64,000 nt of DNA, taken from the NCBI GenBank assembly GCA_963803805.1, contig CAWDOD010000003.1, forward strand, positions 1 through 64,000. Reading direction: 5' to 3'. Source of the stretch: an uncultured cyanobacterium (GTDB lineage: Bacteria > Cyanobacteriota > Cyanobacteriia > Cyanobacteriales > CAWCAG01). Shown one piece after another: positions 60,444 through 64,000 of this stretch. The notes beneath the pieces were generated by a model. That model worked only from the letters and a program-made list of their open reading frames with translations, did not search any database and had not been told where the DNA came from. How positions within the stretch are numbered: position 1 is the first letter of the stretch; each line of letters begins with the position of its first letter. Made by a program: the position numbers and the translations under genes.

Positions 60444-60558
60444 AAAATACATAATATCATAGGGGGAGAGGTATGTCACCCCCTATGTGCATTTTTAACT
60501 AAGTTTTTTAGGAAGAAAAAGAAAGTAATAGTTCTAAGGCTGCGTAAATTCTAGTAGT

Positions 60559-61380
60559 TCAGAGATTTTTACTTGTAGAACTTTCGTGCCATTCCCCTAA
60601 TAAAAAATCTGATAATTTGGTCAAAATCACAAAAATGAGAATACCAAGGGTGGCAATCATCACCAAAGCAGCAAACATACGAGGAATTTGTAAGTTATAG
60701 CTAGCGATTAAGATTTGGTAGGCAATTCCTGAATTTGCCCCCCCAGTCCCCGCTACAAATTCCGCGACTACCGCCCCAATTAAAGCTAAACTACCGCTAA
60801 TCCTTAATCCTGATAGGAAATAGGGTAAAGCACTTGGTAAGCGTAGATAGAACATAGTTTGCCAGGGAGAGGCTTTATAGAGACGGAAGAGATCCTTGAG
60901 GTTAGGATCAAGACTATTTAAGCCAAAGGTAGTGTTAGAGATGATGGGAAATAGGGCGACAATCCAGGCACAGAGAACTAATGCACCGAAAGTATTATTC
61001 TTAAACCAAATAACAATTAAAGGGGCGATCGCAGCGATGGGTGTGGTTTGTAAGACGATGGCATAGGGATAAAGGCTTTTTTCAATCCATTTGCTTTGAG
61101 CCATCAAAATTGCTAGGACTAATCCTGATATAGTTGCAATGAGGAAAGCGGCGACGGTAATTTTTAAGGTGATTAATAAGGCAGGAAAAAGGAGCGAGAA
61201 ATCCTCGATTAAAGTTTTAGCAATTAAGGAAGGAGTTGGTAAAAGATAAGCTGGGGTATGGGTGAGGCGTACTGCTATTTCCCAAACCAGTAAGACGAAA
61301 ATTCCCACGGCAAGAGGGGCAAGGGTATCGATGGATAATAAACTCTTTTGTTGCAGCTTGGTTTTCTGTTTCATAATCAA
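60559..61380 (-). CDS. ABC transporter permease (NitT/TauT family)
   Basis: LLPTPS and LRLPSALPYFLSGLR...AVVAEF motifs. Confidence 0.88.
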   Translation of the reverse strand: MIMKQKTKLQQKSLLSIDTLAPLAVGIFVLLVWEIAVRLTHTPAYLLPTPSLIAKTLIEDFSLLFPALLITLKITVAAFLIATISGLVLAILMAQSKWIEKSLYPYAIVLQTTPIAAIAPLIVIWFKNNTFGALVLCAWIVALFPIISNTTFGLNSLDPNLKDLFRLYKASPWQTMFYLRLPSALPYFLSGLRISGSLALIGAVVAEFVAGTGGANSGIAYQILIASYNLQIPRMFAALVMIATLGILIFVILTKLSDFLLGEWHESSTSKNL

Positions 61381-61389
61381 CGATCAATT

Positions 61390-62181
61390 TTACATAAAGG
61401 TCATGGCTTTTGATAATTGCTGAGCAACTTGACGATAATATTTGCTATATAGAGGAGAAGAACGAAACTTTTCTGTACGTGGGTATGGTTCTGGGATGGG
61501 AACCTCAGCTACTACTCTACCTGGATTAGCACCCATCACAACAACTCGATGGGAGAGGTATACTGCTTCATAAATGTTGTGAGTCACAAAAACTACTGTC
61601 CAATGTTTTTGCTTCCATAAAGCAAGTAAGTCATCATTGAGTTGGTTACGGGTGATGTCATCTAAAGCCCCGAATGGCTCATCCATAAGCAACACTTGAG
61701 GATTAGTAACTAATGCCCTAGCAATGGAAACACGCATTTTCATGCCACCAGAGAGTTGCCGGGGATAGGAATCAGAAAAACTTGCTAAGTTTACTAAATC
61801 CAGGACTTCTTTAATAGTTTCCTCAGCTTTTCTTTTTGATTTGCCGGCAAGTTTTAGAGGTAAATAAATATTGTCTTTAACATTAGCCCAAGGCATCAAA
61901 GCTGGTTCTTGAAAAACGAAGGCAATATCTTTTTCTAAGCTGGGATTGTGCCATTGTATGTTTCCTGAACTTAAGCTACTCAATCCGGCTATGAGTCGCA
62001 ATACAGTACTTTTACCACATCCAGAGGGGCCAACTAAACTGACAAATTCTGATTCAGCAACCCGAAGGCTAAAATCTCTTAAGGCGATAGTACCATTGTC
62101 AAAAGTTTTATTAATATGGCTAAGGTTAATAGCCTGTTTGAGATGATTGCTCATACTTAAATAATGGGGAGTAGTAATCAA
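61390..62181 (-). CDS. ABC transporter ATP-binding protein (NitT/TauT family)
   Basis: GPSGCGKST, LSGGMKMR and MDEPFGALD motifs. Confidence 0.9.
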   Translation of the reverse strand: MITTPHYLSMSNHLKQAINLSHINKTFDNGTIALRDFSLRVAESEFVSLVGPSGCGKSTVLRLIAGLSSLSSGNIQWHNPSLEKDIAFVFQEPALMPWANVKDNIYLPLKLAGKSKRKAEETIKEVLDLVNLASFSDSYPRQLSGGMKMRVSIARALVTNPQVLLMDEPFGALDDITRNQLNDDLLALWKQKHWTVVFVTHNIYEAVYLSHRVVVMGANPGRVVAEVPIPEPYPRTEKFRSSPLYSKYYRQVAQQLSKAMTFM

Positions 62182-62264
62182 AATATAGCGGTTCCCAAGC
62201 TGCTGAGATTTGTTTCAATTAGCCATTAGCCATTAACTATTAGCAAAAACCTGATTACTTCTTA

Positions 62265-63833
62265 CTAAATCTGCCTCCCCAGACATTGCCCCACAGCAGT
62301 TAAAGCAGAATAACTTACTCCTGCTGTTCCTTCACCAGGATGGGTAGAGTCTCCTACTAACCAAAGGTTATTAATGGGAGTGCGATTGGCAAAACCGAAA
62401 GGGCCAAAGGTAGAAACTCGTTGCCCAATTCCTCCGACGTAGCCTTGTTCGCGGACAGTAAAATTAGCAAAGGTGCGGGGTGTGGCAGCTTCGGTATGGA
62501 TAATGGTTTCAGGAGTGAGGTGAAAATATTCTCCTAAATGGGCGATCGCCTCTTTTGTAAACTGTTGTTTTAGCTGTTCGTATTCTTCCTGGCTTCCTTG
62601 CCACCAAGGAGAAGTTTCTACAAAGGAAGAAGCAATAATGGTTGCTTGACCTTTAGGGGCCCTACCATCCCCTGGTTTGCTGACAGAAACGAATAAGGAG
62701 TTGTTCTCGCCAATGGAATCATCATAGTTGTAGAGGAATTGGAGGTGGGGAGGGCAGTGAGGGGGAATTGCTTGGCTATCTACTCCTAAATAAACGACAA
62801 AAGCCCCAGAAGGGTTTGGTAGTTTCTGAACACGCTTTTGATAATTTTTCATGCCTAGTAGGGAGGTAGGGTTTTGTAAGGCTTTAGACAGAGGAGGTTT
62901 AGACTGTTGTTGCGGTAGTAACTTAACTAGGTTGTGAACCGTTACATTAGCAAAAATATCATCAGCGACTTCGGTATGTACTTTCCCAGTTTTTTGGTTG
63001 CGTACTTTAACTCCAATCACTCTTCCTGCTTCGGTACAAATTTCTTCTACACTATGGCGCATCAATAATTTACCGCCATATTTTTCTAACCCCGTTACCA
63101 AGCGATCGCTTAATACTTGCATACTGCCTTGGAGGTGAAATAAACCTTGGGGTTCTTGAGAAACTCCTAGTGCTGTAGCAGCGTAGAGTAAGGCCGTTTC
63201 TTCGGCGTTAACTTGAGAATATAGTTTAAGTTGTAAGTCTAAAAAGGTTCGCAAACGCTTATCTTCAGCGATGCCGTACAACCGTAGGGCATCCCCTACC
63301 GTCATGAAGGTAAAAGGAAAGGTAATTAGAGTATCAGGGCGTAAGGCAGATAGTAGTTTCCCTAAATCCCATAAATTGCGCGGTGGTAAGACAGGTTCAC
63401 GGGCTTGAAATTTCCAACTCGCTTTAAAAAGCTTCCCCAACAATTGCCAAAAAGGTTCGCTTCCAGGGAACTGTTTTTGCCTTTCTTTTACCCATTTTTG
63501 AGGATCACGCCAAACGTTAATGGGTTCTTTTTCTCCAGGTAAAAACACAGCACAAGCTGGATCGCAAGGGGTAGCTGCGGGGATATCTATTTCTAAATAA
63601 TCAAAGATTTTTTTATGAATGCCCCCAGATTCTAAACCAGCTACCTGGGTTGCCCCCACATCGAAGGTAAATCCTCGTCTTTTGAAAGTGGAAGCACAAC
63701 CTCCAGGGACTAATGCTTGGTCAAAGATTAATACTTCGCAACCTTGACAGGCTAATAATGCCCCGGCTGTTAAGCCGCCAATGCCTGCACCAATAACTAT
63801 TACTCGCCTGGTTTTTCTGAGGCTACTTGCCAT
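62265..63833 (-). CDS. crtD: Carotenoid C-3',4' desaturase (CrtD-like)
   Basis: GAGIGG FAD motif, FDVGATQVAGLE and GDSTHPGEGTAGVSYSA. Confidence 0.8.
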   Translation of the reverse strand: MASSLRKTRRVIVIGAGIGGLTAGALLACQGCEVLIFDQALVPGGCASTFKRRGFTFDVGATQVAGLESGGIHKKIFDYLEIDIPAATPCDPACAVFLPGEKEPINVWRDPQKWVKERQKQFPGSEPFWQLLGKLFKASWKFQAREPVLPPRNLWDLGKLLSALRPDTLITFPFTFMTVGDALRLYGIAEDKRLRTFLDLQLKLYSQVNAEETALLYAATALGVSQEPQGLFHLQGSMQVLSDRLVTGLEKYGGKLLMRHSVEEICTEAGRVIGVKVRNQKTGKVHTEVADDIFANVTVHNLVKLLPQQQSKPPLSKALQNPTSLLGMKNYQKRVQKLPNPSGAFVVYLGVDSQAIPPHCPPHLQFLYNYDDSIGENNSLFVSVSKPGDGRAPKGQATIIASSFVETSPWWQGSQEEYEQLKQQFTKEAIAHLGEYFHLTPETIIHTEAATPRTFANFTVREQGYVGGIGQRVSTFGPFGFANRTPINNLWLVGDSTHPGEGTAGVSYSALTAVGQCLGRQI

Positions 63834-64000
63834 GGTTGGGTTGAAGGTAAAGATTAAGAAACATTAATCTATTGTAAACTTTTGTTGTGAAAAATTGCCA
63901 ATCCCTAACGCAAAGTTGTTATGTTTGTTTTGTATTCAAGTTCTTGCTTCGATGGTTTGGATACAAAATAAAAAGTTTTTATTTGCTCAATATTTCACCA

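Overview
The window has two parts that appear to come from different organisms. Bases 1 to ~49080 look Bacteroidota (Cytophagales/Flavobacteriales-like). Housekeeping genes (alpha-2-macroglobulin, MBL/rhodanese, YceI, purine nucleoside phosphorylase) are followed by a tyrosine recombinase (9988-11121) and a ~38 kb co-oriented array of 28 gene cassettes. Each complete cassette starts with GTT+6-7 nt and ends with the reverse complement of its own start (...AAC). That end is followed by a 55-215 bp imperfect hairpin whose mismatches are mostly G.T wobbles on the bottom strand. This is integron-cassette logic, but the recombinase lacks the IntI-specific insertion, lies upstream on the same strand as the array, and the cores often break the GTTRRRY consensus. 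I therefore call it a candidate non-canonical integron-like system. The array includes a cassette duplicated precisely at the G|TT boundaries, ORF-less cassettes, multi-gene cassettes with their own regulators, and defence-like genes (Mrr-like nuclease, helicase-nuclease, HEPN protein, Abi/UG-type reverse transcriptase). A tyrosine-recombinase + IS91-like element is inserted in one att site, and its transposase is broken by two tiny palindromic inserts. From ~49085 onward the sequence is cyanobacterial (HIP1 sites, cyanobacterial tmRNA tag, Uma2, crtD, proB, mobA). The abrupt mid-gene junction suggests a chimera or contig concatenation. All family assignments are from motif recognition by eye; no searches were run.
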